A DNA stretch of 64,000 nucleotides from Chrysomallon squamiferum (lineage: Eukaryota; Animalia; Mollusca), in contig CM022679.1 of the NCBI GenBank assembly GCA_012295275.1, positions 8,990,001 through 9,054,000 of the forward strand, written 5' to 3'. Each line of letters starts with the position of its first letter. Within the stretch, counting starts at the first letter, position 1. The position numbers were made by a program, and so were the translations under genes. The notes under the pieces were generated by a model. That model was not told the origin of the DNA and made no database searches. It worked only from the letters and a program-made list of their open reading frames with translations. Positions 25,255 to 39,681 of the stretch are shown here, piece by piece.

Positions 25255-27513
25255 GTATCTATGTATCTATGTATATATACTAAGAACATAATGTATGTAA
25301 GGATTGCTCTAAACATGTTCGACTGCTGAAACTTTAATGGCAGTTTTTATTTATATAAAAAATCTAAATCTAAAATCTTTGGGTTTTTATTTTACTTAAA
25401 AAGGACAATGAATCAAATTCCATTTTTATTTTTATTTATTTTATTTATATTTTTTTACAATTTATTATTAACAAAAATACCAAAACTTCATAGCTTTTTT
25501 CTTTTCTGAATTGTAACATGACAGTGTCGGTTGGTGAGCGATATTCCTAGTGTTGAAGTTATGAAATTATTGTAGTAATTCAGACTTATCTCGTTAAACC
25601 ATTTATAATAATAATAATAATTAATTAATTAATTAATAAACGAAAATGTCGTTTGAAAATCACCGAGTAATAGTTGGTGTTAATACTAGAACACTGGGTT
25701 CTTAAATTTTCATTCTTATATTTTAATTTTAATTTAATTTAATTTAATTTAATTTAATTTAATTTAATTTAATTTAATTTAATTTAATTTATTTATTTTT
25801 ATTTTTATTTTTTGTTGGTTTATGCAGAGGACCTCTGAATCGGCTTCTCTGACGTCCAGTGTGTATAAGTGTTTGTGTATAATTATTATGTGTTTTCATG
25901 TTTTTTATATGTTTTTAAAATTAATATACATTATACATACATACATATATAGATACATATAGATATATATATTGAGCGGACATCAAAGAAGGCACTGATA
26001 GTTACAATCGCATCTAAAGGCGCTAGCTACCAATTGTTTTTAGGAATGGTATATTATTCCTTATAAAGACTTAACTGAACATCAGACAATTAACTGAAAC
26101 AGGAAAACAGGTAAACATGACAACTGTATTTTATAAAAGATCGTAAAAAAACGAAAACAGTCAGTTACGATGTATACATTTCATAGCATTTAGACCTATC
26201 TTCTTTTACATTCTGCTTGATGTTTGACAATAATTCCACACATATTTATTCTTTAACACCCATCTGAAGTGAAAGGGAAGCGTCCGATCCATAAAAGTAT
26301 TTAAAATATATATATATATACTTCAGGAACCACAACTCTTTCTACACAGTCATCAGCAGGAGAAGAGCAAAATAATTGAACAATTAAGTGTTCGGGAAGA
26401 CAACTCTTACTTATCAGGAATAATCACACGTTAATCTACCAAAAATATGACATCTAATTAAGTAAATCTATCTTTATTATGGTCCTTATAAAGATAATTT
26501 ATTATTCAAGATTAACTTTTTGCAAACACTTTAAAATTCCTACATTCAAGCTATGGATTTTTCAAAGCAGTATATTTGAAAATGTTTAGATATCCATTTT
26601 TTTTGTTTTGGATTGTTGTTTTTTCAAGTGTGATTGAATGTCATTTATTAGGTATAGAATAGGTATTCATTTGACAACAATAATTTAAAAAATGCATTAC
26701 TTTTAGCACAGTGATTGAAATGATGTCCCTACAAATTAGTTGCGTTTTTTGTTTTTCCCGAAATAATTTCGTTTTAAAATTTTCGGTCGTGATATTACAT
26801 TAAGACATTAGCATGGTCTTATTCATATACTCTGTACTGCTATTCGGCCAATCGTTTTGGTTTTACATCGATTAAAAGAAGATGAAAATAAAATACATTA
26901 TATTTTAAAAGAAACTGATTTCTTTTAGCGCTTTGTTTTTGTTGCAAATACTGGTAATATAAATACAAATGGAAACAGAAAAAAACACGTGCAATTAACG
27001 TGTATTGTCATAGTCGTGTTTAACTAATTGAAGTGACATAATGTTAGGTAAATATATGAAGTAGTTAGGCTTTCTGGAACCGGTATCTTCTACTAAGAAA
27101 ACAGCCTAATGAGAAACAAAAACAGTATCGGTCATAATAAAAGCAGTTAGATCCAGAAATAAATTTATCCGCATTGTCTTCTTTTTCTTTTCTCAACAAA
27201 ATTAAATAATGTAATTTGATTTTGTTATTAATTACTGTTTTTATTTATTTATTAATTTAATTTATTATTATTATTATTATTATTTAATTATTATTATTAT
27301 TTTTTTTTTTTTGTTATAATTTATTTTTCAATTCAATATCTAATAAACATTTTGTCCTGGAAAATTGTAACTCCATCTGTGATGATTTAAGATAATATTA
27401 TTATGTTTTCCAAATGAATTCTGAAGAATCTCTTATGAATTTTATGTTTTTGTTTTTTATTGTTTGTCGTCTTTTATTATTATTTTTTAAAACTTTTTCG
27501 TATTTGTGTATGC

Positions 27514-27550
<37 letters not shown>

Positions 27551-28437
27551 TCTCTCTCTGTGTGCGTGTGTGTAAATGTGTATGATTTTTATTATATGTG
27601 TTTACCCTACAGAAGCTGCATAACGTCAAATATACATGTAAAACAAAATATGATTGCAACTGAATATCTAAAGATTTTATTCCTTAAGTATAAATATGTC
27701 TCAACAGTTAATTATGCCGATAATAATAATAATAATAATAATAATAATATTAATAATAATAATATAGGGTGCTATTTTTTTTTTTTTTTTTTTTCTATTT
27801 CCTCACTGCTATTTTATACATGTAACTTTTATTTTATTTTATTTTATTTTATTTATTCATTTATTATTATTTTTGTACCAGGTTAAGGCCACTCATTTTG
27901 TAAACGAAATGCATCCGATTGCTACATTCTCGGCACTTGTATCATATCGTGCTGAGTAACTCAGAATGTAAGACTTTCGTTGACACAGTGTGTGTTCTGC
28001 CGGTTTTATGAATCAGTCTCGGGAGCAGTATTCATAGCGATATCATGCAGTATATCAACATTTATCCATCCATAAATATAAACAGGAAAGAATAACTAAA
28101 AAAACACCCACATAAATCTCACGTTGCATTTCAACAGCAACTGGATGTTGACTGACAAATACACTTTCATTATTTAAAATTGTTTTCTTCTTCACATGTG
28201 CTCAGCTAGGTTTTCTTTTTGCCCTCGCAGGAAACCAGAGCTGACTGGTCATGTCGGCCCAGTGAAATAACACTGAAATGCACAGTCGATTTTTATTGTA
28301 CATCACAAAAGAATTTCTTGCTTAATTCACGCATTGGAACCAGTCTAAGAAATCGTGCTGTGTAAAGAGGGTCAGAGAGAACATAGAATGGGGACATACA
28401 GACATATGTTTATACGAGTTACATAAGTCTTTTAAAA

Positions 28438-28685
28438 CAGTGGTGTGCAGGGGTCTGGTGATGCCCGGGGCCAACTCCTTTTTTGTACACCCCAAAGACC
28501 CGAGTATAAGGTCTAGAAATGAGAAATATTATGAGAAAGGAAGACATTTTGAATATGTATGCACAGATGCAACATAAAATAAACACTTTATTCGATTTAA
28601 ATATAAATCAACAAAATTTAAAAAGTTTTTTTCTCTGATTGGATGCCACCGCCCCTAAGGCTCCCCCCCCCCCTGCACGCCATTG
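28438..28685. mobile_element. Non-autonomous DNA transposon (MITE), hAT-like terminal inverted repeats
   Basis: Left end CAGTGGTGTGCAGGGG; right end reverse-complements to CAATGGCGTGCAGGGG (14/16 match). 248 bp, GC-rich subterminal blocks, AT-rich core, no ORF. No clean 8-bp TSD. Confidence 0.6.
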
Positions 28686-29439
28686 AGTCTTTAGCTTTAT
28701 TTTTTAAGTCATTATACAACAATATATCTAAATTAAAGTACTGGTTTTTCAGATTATGAGATTATGGAAGTTAATCCGAGTACAAATGACTTCCACAGAA
28801 GCTAGCTATACATACTATGTTAATGATTACCGGATTAAAAATAGTATCAAACGTTTCATACTTGCCCACGGCTTTAGGACGCTCGAACTGTTATGAGCTA
28901 TATAATATATTATTTTTATTTTCAAAAACATATAGTTTAATATACATGCATTCAGTATTATAAACGAATTTGTTCATGCTAAAGATAGAAAATGTAAATA
29001 TTTAAATCGTAGTTTTATGACATACTAAGTAATACCATTCAGACTTATTTTTCATATTACCTGACTGCGTAGCAAGTGATTCAAATACTGCTTGTTCAAG
29101 TTAAAAAATTATATATTTTAATCCTTGGCTTTTTGGTTTTGTTTTGTTTTGTTTTGTTTATATTTAGAGCCCATTTGTAGCATGCTGAATCCGGCCTTTC
29201 TTCTTCTTCTTCTTCTTCTTCTTCTTATTATTATTATTATTACTGTTGTTGTTGTTGTTGTTGTTGTTATGATTATTACTATTATTATCTGATTACAAAG
29301 AAACAACTATAATTTCTGTGGTAAAATAGTTATATTTACATATATAATTTTATATATATTAAAACCCCCAGCTAAATTCAAATAAATTAACATTATTTGT
29401 GCAGTAAGAAAATTAACTCTTGGAAGTGAAATAAGACGA

Positions 29440-29482
<43 letters not shown>

Positions 29483-29848
29483 CATAATAACAATAATAGT
29501 AATAATAATAATAATTTTCATACTAATAATACAAATAATAATTTTCATAATAATAATAATTTTAATAATAAAAATATTAAATAATAATAATAAATAATAG
29601 ACTATTACTAAATGACAGTCTAGCTTAAAGAAAACATCAGCGTCCAGTACTGATAAAATAGTAAATAAATATAAACATATAAAAAAAAAAAACTATTCAG
29701 AAAATTATGTCATCTTTAGCAAAATGCCAAAACATTATGTAGATGTGAACTAACTAAAGATGCGAAACACGTGTTTAAACTGCATAATATATTTTCAAGG
29801 CACATATTGAAATTCATACAGACACATTACTGTTTGAAACATTTTTGA

Positions 29849-30876
29849 CTAGGAAGCATCGGTTGTTTCATTTTTCAGAGTAACTTCTTCTGGTACAGAA
29901 CCGGGAGCATCAGTTGCCACGTTTTCTTTCCCTTTGAGGTGTTTTGCGAAGTTTTTGATGCTTTTCGCTTTATTCGAACATAAAACATCAGTTTTTGCAG
30001 TCCTGTTTTCAGTCGTGTGCTCAAAATTTAATTTCAAATCTTGATTGTTTTCGTGCGTCATGACCGATCGAGGTCTCGATGCCACAACGACCTTCACCTG
30101 CGCCGAATAAGGCGGCTCCGGAACACACGGTTTTAAGTTAGAATATTTACTGAGTCGACTCTTAACGAACAGATTTTCCACGGGATACTGGTCCCATTTT
30201 TTAAGTTTCGCTTTCTGCAGGTGCGAATTCAGCTGCTGGAATCGTCCGTCTTTTCCGGCACTGCCCGGAGAGAGCATCGATTTGCCGCAGTACGTGTCGT
30301 GGCGTTCTTGTTTTTTTGGTCGGTTTCCAGCACCGCTGGAAGTTTGACGAGAAACGTTTTGTCCTGAAACAGCCCGATTTCGGTTCTTTCTCGTCGAATT
30401 TGTATCATGGGCAACGTGGGCTTAATCGGGGCCTGCGAGCTCCACGGTCTGATGTCGTAGTCGGGTTGGTGGTATATCACTTGCTGCAACTTCTTTTTGT
30501 CTTCGTCGCTCGGTGTCGGCAGGTTCATGCCAGCCAAGCTCATTTCGTCCTCTCGTTTCCACTTCTTTCTCTGCCTGACCTGCTGAGCAACGAAGGCTCT
30601 CCTCGACAAATCACAGGAGACCGATTCTTTCTGTCGTCTGCGAGAAATGTTCGACAAGGTCATGTCCAGATGACGGTCCTGACTGACGTTCTCGTGCAGT
30701 ATCGTGTGCGTCAGGCGAGTTTTCGGTAAAGCATGTTTCACTGACAAGTACTGCTTCATTTTTATGTTCTTTGTGCTGTGAGTGGACACAGCATTGTCTG
30801 TTAACATCGTCATTTCTTCGACCGCGCCATTCTGAGCGCCGTTGCGAACATCCATTTGATTTCTAGCTACCTCCAT
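29849..30876 (-). CDS. Orphan locus A: intronless uncharacterised basic protein split into 215-aa (30876-30229) and -1-frame (to 29849) parts; ~342 aa if joined
   Basis: GC/CpG-rich island sharply bounded by AT-rich DNA, ATG at 30876. The -1 frame is open from about 30420 to TAG at 29849. An A7 run lies at 30317-30311. No recognisable domain. Confidence 0.7.
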
Positions 30877-33205
30877 CGTGTGATTTATTAAATATGTTAG
30901 AAATTAAATATTAAAAAAATATACTTTTATTCATAAAGTTCTGTTGTTGTTGTTTTTTTCTTTTCTATATATGTGGAAGATCTGTGGTAAAAGTACATAC
31001 CAATCCAGATGGAACTTGAAGACTAGATTCAAATGATAACACTTCCGGTTCTGAATAACAATGCCAAGTCCATATTAAAAGTTAATGTCGTGAAAAGTTA
31101 TTTCATCAGAAAAACACAGGTAGAGTGTTTACACAGCCTTCTCACGGGGGAAAATTACAAATATACGACCACTGTTATTAACTCCCGGTGTTGTTTGTTC
31201 ACTTCAGCACTGATTTATGCTTGTCAACTTTCAGTCTCCTGTTGTGCTAGACGTTACAACCGTCTGTACGAATAAAGAAAAAGCGCGCACATAAAAATGT
31301 CATCTTTAAAAAATACACCTTATTTTATGAAAGACGATAAAATTATTTGGCGTCGGCTGTTCTGAAAGCTTCGGTGTTCCCCATGTTGACAACACACACT
31401 GACTTCGCCATTAGTTTGGAAAGAAACGTGTTTCCGTGCAGGTTGCTAAAACAAATAAAAATGTTCGCATTATGGTCGACTGCCCCGGCATTCATATAGT
31501 GTGTAAAGAACCACATACACTTATACATGTATGTATTATTGTATATAACATGTGTTATTTAGCGTGACCCATACCAAAATAATCCTTGATATTGGATCTA
31601 AACTAATCCCGCTGCTTTTGTTTCGCGTCGTAAAGACCTTACCAAGCGCGTAACTCCCCCATCGAAATAAATGTATTAGGTTACGGGCTGCAGTTTCGTA
31701 CACATCGGGTCGCACTTGTTAATTTTTCCTGGCACTTAACCAAATACAAAAATCGCATATTTTTTTTCTTTTTTCTTTAACTAAGTTTGAATCTTAAGAC
31801 TCACGACATTGCAGTATCAAAGACACTGATGTGTTCAATTTTCGTCGGTTGATAGTTTTGACTTCTATTTTTGTACGATGTTATAAATTTGAGAAATAAA
31901 AAATATTTATTACTCTTTGTCTGTTATGATTGTATCTTTTGTTGTAGTAGTGGTAGTAATAGTAGTAATAGTAAATGTTGTTGTTGTTGCCATGATGATG
32001 ATGATTGTTATTATCACGATCATCCGTGTGATCATCATCGTTTTTTTACCACAGCGTTAAACGACGTCATAGTGATATGATGAGGCATCGGTTGTTGTTA
32101 CTGCTGTACACGACAGCAGTAACAGGCCTAATAGTCAAAACAGCAGTAGTAGATTTATTTTACCAGAGAAATATTATGCAACAGAACTATCATATTTTAT
32201 TAAATACAACAAACATTTAAAGGTTTGATTATTAAAAGTTTCTAATTTCATTCTACCATATGTTAATCATTTGTTTTTTAAACAAACAGTTGTGCGTATT
32301 TTTGATATATGTGTACGTATATGTATGCATACATACATACATACATATATATAGATATATGTAGATATATGTTAATACCACCTGCAAGTAATATGCCACT
32401 ACCGGCCTTCCATACAGTTATTAGTTTTTGCGTGCCATGTTAGTCTCGGTACGACAGATTTTATTCGCTTCGTTTGTCAGATACAGAGATTTCGCTGGCT
32501 TTGGGTCCAGCCAGTATTTCAAATTAACATGTTAATGTTATCGTCACTAACAGAGTGCAATAGTTTCATTTATGATTTTTCTGTGGATCGTTCATGTGAC
32601 AGTAATATTCAAACATTTTTTTTTTTTTTTTTACACCTCTCATTATATCACAGGGAGTAGTAATTAATACTAATAAACAACAATCGTTAACTTTAAATAA
32701 AGAAAATATATTGTTTCGAGAACGAAAAATGAAAAATAAAATACATTTTGAAAATAGTTAAGTTAAGTAATTAATTAAAATTGCAAATTACTGCTTTTTA
32801 TTTATTTATTTATTTATTATTTATTATCTTCTCTATTTTTTTTTTATTTTTTTTGCATTTTTTTTTTATTTATTATTTATTATTTTTTTTTCTTCTTCTT
32901 CTTTTTTATTTGAATTTTTATTTATATATTTATATATTTATTTTCACCCCATTTCTCGGTATAAATATCAGAAGTACTATATACTAAGACAGTTTAAACA
33001 TAAAATTATTATTCTCACTGGCTGGTTTACATAATATTTATCAAGTGACAGTGTTCTAATGTATCTATTGTTTTATTTATTTTTTGTCTTTTCATTACAT
33101 TATTATTGTTGTTGTTTGGGTTTTTTGTGGGTGGTTTGTCATTTCGTGGGTTTGAAGTTTATTTTTAATTCATTGATATTTTGTTTTCTTGTTTATTTAT
33201 TTATT

Positions 33206-33259
<54 letters not shown>

Positions 33260-33412
33260 AATACTGTAGTCTCTTCTTTATTTTGATATTATTATTTATT
33301 TATTTATTTTGGAAGAAGAATATCTCTGAGGAAAAGAGTACACTATTTAATAATACATTATAATTCGATATTTGTCCAGTTTCGCTAACAAAATACTGTA
33401 TTGTTTATTACA

Positions 33413-33512
<100 letters not shown>

Positions 33513-34146
33513 AATTAATTTAAATAATATATATTTTTAATTAGGAACAATACTTACAAATCACTTTTTCAGAAATATAAATATTTGTATATACATATCT
33601 CATTTTACGCAGCAGACTCCACTTTTTAATCGAAGAATTTCATTTTCGTCATATAAAAAAATATAACTAAAGTATTGGTACAAGTCATTTTCACTTTATT
33701 ATTTAAACAGCTTTAATAATTTTATAAAATAAATAAATAAATTATAAATTAGAGCAGTGTTCCTGAACTACGCTATCTGTAGTTCAAAGATTCGTTTTGA
33801 GGTTTTTTTTAAATGCTTATTTGTAGAAGCTGTACAACTTTGCAACATCAGCCACCTGGCTGGAGTAGGCTGCCTCGATTTATTTTATTTTAAATTTCAC
33901 GACCACATTAAGAAGAATACATAACGAAAACAACAATATTTATACATGTAAACAGAAAAGGAATTCAAATTACTTTTGGTTCGTCTTCCGTCATTTTCTT
34001 TTTTCCTTTCATATATATATATATATATATCACTATTTAAGATTTAAGTGTCATAATCACACGAAAATACTGAAGGTAATATTTTCAGTAATGTTATTTT
34101 CCTGTGGGATTCAATTAAAAGTTATATCGGAAGACATCAACCTCCT

Positions 34147-34148
<2 letters not shown>

Positions 34149-34241
<93 letters not shown>

Positions 34242-34258
34242 AAATAAAAATAAAAAAA

Positions 34259-34290
<32 letters not shown>

Positions 34291-34297
34291 AAAAATA

Positions 34298-34329
<32 letters not shown>

Positions 34330-34340
34330 AAAAATAAAAA
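34149..34340. repeat. Compound (AAT)n/(AAAT)n microsatellite
   Basis: Direct reading. Confidence 0.9.
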
Positions 34341-34429
34341 TAAATAAATAAATAAATAATACATTAACGATCAGACCGATAGTTTCAAAAAATGGCTGCG
34401 AGCTGGGTAATACAAAAATGCGTAACAGA

Positions 34430-35083
34430 TCAACCGTTTCGAAATCGTAATTTACCACTTCGCTGATTCATTACAAGAGAATCGGTCTTCTGCCTCCACA
34501 GCGGCAAAGGTTTCATCGCGCACCGGAATCTCAGAGGCATACGAGGCAGCATGTCATGTGACCGATCGCTTTCACTTTCTGTCTGAAACTCGGTCCTCGG
34601 GTAGAACGTTTCCTCTTTTTGAAACGGCGGCCGACCGCTGCCGTTTCCTTCAGATCCGGTCTCTTGTGCGCCTGCGCATGGCTTCCGAAGAGGTATGGTT
34701 TTGAGTATTCCTAGCAGATTCTTATGCGATATCGACGGCAGCGTCAGCGTGTTCGCTCGCCGTTCGTAGTCGTCGACGCTGTTGACTATTCGAATCCTTT
34801 TCCTCGTGTCCACGTACGTGTTGAGCGGTTCGCTGAAGCGGAACTTCGGCTGGTCGTTGAAGACGTCCAGAGAAAGCTGGACTTTCTTCAGTCCGGGCAT
34901 TCGCGGAGTTGGAGACGGGAATTCGGACGATTGGTCCATGATGTATCCCTCAAACATAGCCTTACCCAGAAAGAGATGTCGGTCTCGATGAATGTACTCG
35001 CTAAACTTGTAAAGTCTCGGTTTTGTCCAGTAGTCGTTTCCTTGCTCCACCTGGAAAAAATCCGTTTGTGAACGCTGTTCCAT
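34430..35083 (-). CDS. Orphan locus B: intronless uncharacterised protein, ~217 aa from first ATG
   Basis: Open frame coincides with a GC/CpG-rich island. First ATG at 35083 (the ORF-track start at 35104 is GTG). No recognisable domain. Confidence 0.7.
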   Translation of the reverse strand: MEQRSQTDFFQVEQGNDYWTKPRLYKFSEYIHRDRHLFLGKAMFEGYIMDQSSEFPSPTPRMPGLKKVQLSLDVFNDQPKFRFSEPLNTYVDTRKRIRIVNSVDDYERRANTLTLPSISHKNLLGILKTIPLRKPCAGAQETGSEGNGSGRPPFQKEETFYPRTEFQTESESDRSHDMLPRMPLRFRCAMKPLPLWRQKTDSLVMNQRSGKLRFRNG

Positions 35084-35818
35084 AGCGCCGTGGCTAGCGC
35101 TCACACTGTTTCTGTTGGCCAGCCACAGAAATATCTTTCATTATTTCTTTCCACATAAATATCCATACTTATCTCAGATGAAAATTTAAAAATATATATA
35201 TTCCGATTCTGATTCTGCACTTCAAAGCTTTAGACACACCTGTTACGTTTAATAATGAAAATCCTCGGTAAAAACATTTTATTAGAAATTAAACAAGTTG
35301 TTCAATGAGCGTAATTTGGTCATCCCATGAAAAATATTGTCGTGAATTAATTATTTTGACCAAGTACACCATCTATGTTCCTGATTTCTTGACAAGAAAA
35401 AAGATTATCTAAATCTCTTTTAAATAAAGAAAGAATAAACAGTAAGTTCCGTACGAATTATTTTAAACAGATGGTCGCAGCTTCGCTTCTCTCAAAAAAT
35501 AAAAATTATAAATATCCTTTTGTATTTCAGAAATGAAACTCGTACGATTAAATGATGTCATTAAGTCTGACAAGACAAAAATAAATAATATTTTCCAGAA
35601 ACTGATTTACAAATTGCGTAACAAGTAACATATGTTTCTGTACGTTCACCAGACTTCATAAATAACTTAGATAAATAACCAACAGTCCGTATGTGATTAT
35701 CAATAATCTGTTTTAAAACAACACTGTGGCTGACAGTTAAGAAAAAAAAAATTACAAGAACCAATATATCCACTGATTTTGATTATGCTGTTATAATGAT
35801 TATGTCCAGCAGTGATAA

Positions 35819-35851
<33 letters not shown>

Positions 35852-36253
35852 GTCATGGCATGCTGGTTTTTTTCATAAAGCATTGTCCAAAACACTGCTG
35901 TGTGGTTTACGGAATACAATAAAGACAAAAGAGACTCGAAGTTATCACAACATCGAACTGTTCATCGCTTCACTGCACGCACATTGTCATGGACTAAAGT
36001 TACAGACAGGCATCGGGGTAGAACGAAATTTAACAGAAGTGTCGTCAAAAAATTAGTATATTTTAATTAACGCTGTTTTTGGAATGTAACGACTCTTTGG
36101 TATTTTTTTTAATGTCAGAAAATATTTGAATGATGATGGCCAAGAAATCGCAGTAGACGAAAAAAAAAAAACTGGAAGAGCAAAGCTATTCCTCTGTGAT
36201 GTCTTTCGTTTAATTATGAATTTTTATATTAATATTATTATTATTATTATTTA

Positions 36254-36292
<39 letters not shown>

Positions 36293-36397
36293 CAGTAGTA
36301 GTAGTAGCAGTAGTAGTAGTAACAGCAGTAATAATAGTTGTAGTAGTAGTAGTAGAATTAGAGATAATGATAGCAATAGTACTAGTAGTAGTAGTAG
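36254..36397. repeat. (AGT)n imperfect microsatellite
   Basis: Direct reading. Confidence 0.9.
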
Positions 36398-37082
36398 TTT
36401 ATTTACTTTTTGTTCTTTTTTCTTATGGTTTGGAGAGTACCAATACCCCAAACATACTAATTATATCAACAATATTTTATACCGTTACAGTAATACAACC
36501 ATTTTCTTGACGATTCTATTACAACAGAAGAGTGTGGTATACTTCTGCAACGAGTGAGGTAAAGCCACGTAACAATGCAGGCGTTAATTTAGCTATACAT
36601 TCCACTACCCAGGCGATGTGTTAAAAATAAAAAAAAAAAAAAAAAAAAAAAAAAACCAACCCCCAGACACTGGAGATCGTTTTATCGATTAAAATGTCAG
36701 CTCTATTATAGTCGTCTCGAGCGATTAAGACAAACAGATAAATGGTAACACAATTAAGATGTGTTCGTGCTTCAGGACAATTAATCTTTGTCTGGCTAAT
36801 CCGGCGAATATAAAGTCATACATAAATTATTTGCTTGAAAAAAAATAAAAAAATAAAGGTAACATGCAGCCGATCTTTAGATTTATGTGGGGGGAGCAGA
36901 CGGGGGGGAGAGAAGAAAATATCCTTATCATGTGTCCTGCACAGAAAATTCTACACTTCAGCTTAAGTGTATATTTGAATGTATTAACTGTTATTTTAGT
37001 AACCGTAAATGTAAGAAGGTTCTTAAACTAAAATATTAATATCAGACCCTGAAGAAAAACTCCGAAAAGGCTGAGTAGCTTC

Positions 37083-37200
<118 letters not shown>

Positions 37201-37259
37201 TTACAATAGTGGTAGAAATAATGGTTGTAGTAATAGTGACGATCTAAAATAAATAAATA

Positions 37260-37308
<49 letters not shown>

Positions 37309-38112
37309 CTGCATAACATTGGTAAATCAGTAAAAATAAAATAATAACACATTTCATTTAATTAAATAACTTTATATAATAATGATAAATGTAATAAATA
37401 ATTCTCAATAGGTGATATTGTTTGATACAATTTCTTGTATATAAATAACATTTTTAATTTTTGATTTATTATTATTTTAGAAATATAACTGGATTTGTGT
37501 GTATGTATTAATCTATATATGTAAGTAGGTTTTTATGTTTGTATATAATTAAGAATGTATGTATTTATGTGAGTTGTATATGTATGTATATATATGTATG
37601 TATGTATGGACGTATGTATGTATGGACGACTGCTGTATGTATGTATAAGTAACAGTTTAGTAACATGAATTAGCAATATACAGACTATTTTGTAATGTTT
37701 GTCTTCTCAAAACCAACAAATAGCTGCCAGTTTATCTAATTAATTAAAAGAAATAATGCAAACATTGAAACATAATTCATAAAACAGTGGATAAATAAAA
37801 AAAAATTATATTAATTAAATTCTAACTATAAATATGAACTTGAATCACAATTAAATTATTGCACATGTGATTTTAATTTTAGTATTATTATTTATTTTTT
37901 AATTATTATTTTATTATATGTTCTCGAATGAATTTTTCTTTTATATTTTAATTCTTTTTTTTTTTTTTTTTTTTTAGTGTTGTTAGTTACGAAATATTGT
38001 GAAACGATTGTAAACACAAACCTGAATTACTTACAACTGTATTAAATACTTAAATCCCTCTTTTCACATTTCTTCATTTGATATTTATAATGTTTTATTA
38101 CAAACTAAATTT

Positions 38113-38796
38113 TTACAGCTCGGAAATGGTGGTTTTATAGAAAATGTAAGGCAAAATTCTCTCTTCGTTTCTCAAAATCTGTTTCATCCTTTTCGTGGAA
38201 AGAACATCGCCGAGTTTGCGGCCGTTTACGGTTTTTTTTTGTCTCACTCCCAGCTCTACGTCGTATTCGTCTAACCTGTCCGTCAGTGCTTTTGTCAGAT
38301 CGTCTGCCTCTTCTTCCTCACTGCTTGCATTGTGACTCTGGGGGTCCCGGGACATGGCCCGGGCCACGGAATCAACGGCGAAGGTCAACACGTCATCGTC
38401 AATAAAAGACCGGTATTTTTTTGCTGTGGGCAACGACACTTTGACACCAGCAACACCGTCATCGTGATTCGTATTTCCCGATTTATTCCTGTTGATGGAA
38501 AAAACCTGAGTTGGATTGATACCTTTCAGTTTCCAGCACGCCTTGTTGTTGCTGACGTACTGGTTAGTTATCTTTCTCTTTGCGCAGGCTCCGTTGCTGT
38601 TAGGCAGAGGAGGCAGTGTGATGTCTGGATGGACGCCGAGGTCTTTCGTAGGCGACTGGCGGCACCTTCCGAACCGCCTTCTCAGGTTTGGAGGAAATCC
38701 GTGGTGAATGAAAGGGAGATCCTGGCTGGCTAACCCGGGAAACTCGCACACAGTCACCTCTTTCTCTGCTGAATCCAACACAGAAGCAGACGACAT
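38113..38796 (-). CDS. Orphan locus C: intronless uncharacterised protein, 227 aa
   Basis: ATG in AAACATGT context, TAA stop; ORF limits match the limits of the GC-rich island. No recognisable domain. Confidence 0.72.
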   Translation of the reverse strand: MSSASVLDSAEKEVTVCEFPGLASQDLPFIHHGFPPNLRRRFGRCRQSPTKDLGVHPDITLPPLPNSNGACAKRKITNQYVSNNKACWKLKGINPTQVFSINRNKSGNTNHDDGVAGVKVSLPTAKKYRSFIDDDVLTFAVDSVARAMSRDPQSHNASSEEEEADDLTKALTDRLDEYDVELGVRQKKTVNGRKLGDVLSTKRMKQILRNEERILPYIFYKTTISEL

Positions 38797-39633
38797 GTTT
38801 TAAAACAAACCGACGTCAAGAAATTTATTCCTGTGTATATATGTATTTATTCCCTGTGTTTGTATCTAAATGATATTTTACGTCGTTTTTTTTCTTGCTA
38901 GATTTATTTATTTATTTATTTTTTTTTTTTCATATGATTGGTTTATTTCTTTCCATCAAGTTTCCGATTCAGTGATGGCAACTTTTCTACTGTTAAAAAT
39001 TTAAAAGTATTTCAGTGAATCATAAAAACTGAACAAACTCAGGAATTATTTTTTTTCTCTTTGTTAAAACTGTAGCTATTTTTCGTTGCATCAAACTGCT
39101 TGTCCTATAGTATCTTTCCTTCACCTCTTTAACCATCAATTCATAATAAAATTCCCATTTTAAACAGTGAATCACATTTTCATCCTAAATCTGCTTGTTA
39201 CATGAATTTGATTTCTTTACACGCCATATTTCCAAGTTCATTTAAAATCCAAAGTTTTTTCTTTTTCTGAATATTTCTTCTTCTTTGATAATCTGAGATG
39301 CTTAATAATTATCCAAATCGTCCTGAAAAACGTCTTTCCATTTCATTTTTTCACGCCTATATAAAAAAAAAAAAAGAAGAAAGTTCCCCAATTGTTGTAA
39401 GCTGCTATAATGTAAATATAACCCCACCTGGTCTAAGAGATCTTCATGTTGGTGGAGAATTAAGAGTGCCTGTCACCGCCATAATATATCACTAGTTATT
39501 AACTCAACACTCCGCTTTCACCGGACATTACCCTGACATTAACGATCATAAATCTTTAATCGAAGAGTCGTTCGAGCACCTTTTGGCAGACGAACACAGA
39601 AACACGGCAACAGTCGTTTTCTCGTCCTCACTC

Positions 39634-39681
<48 letters not shown>

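Noticed and set aside
34147-34458. +1-frame extension of ORF B
   Set aside because: Runs directly into (TTTA)n/(TTA)n microsatellite; no shift signal.
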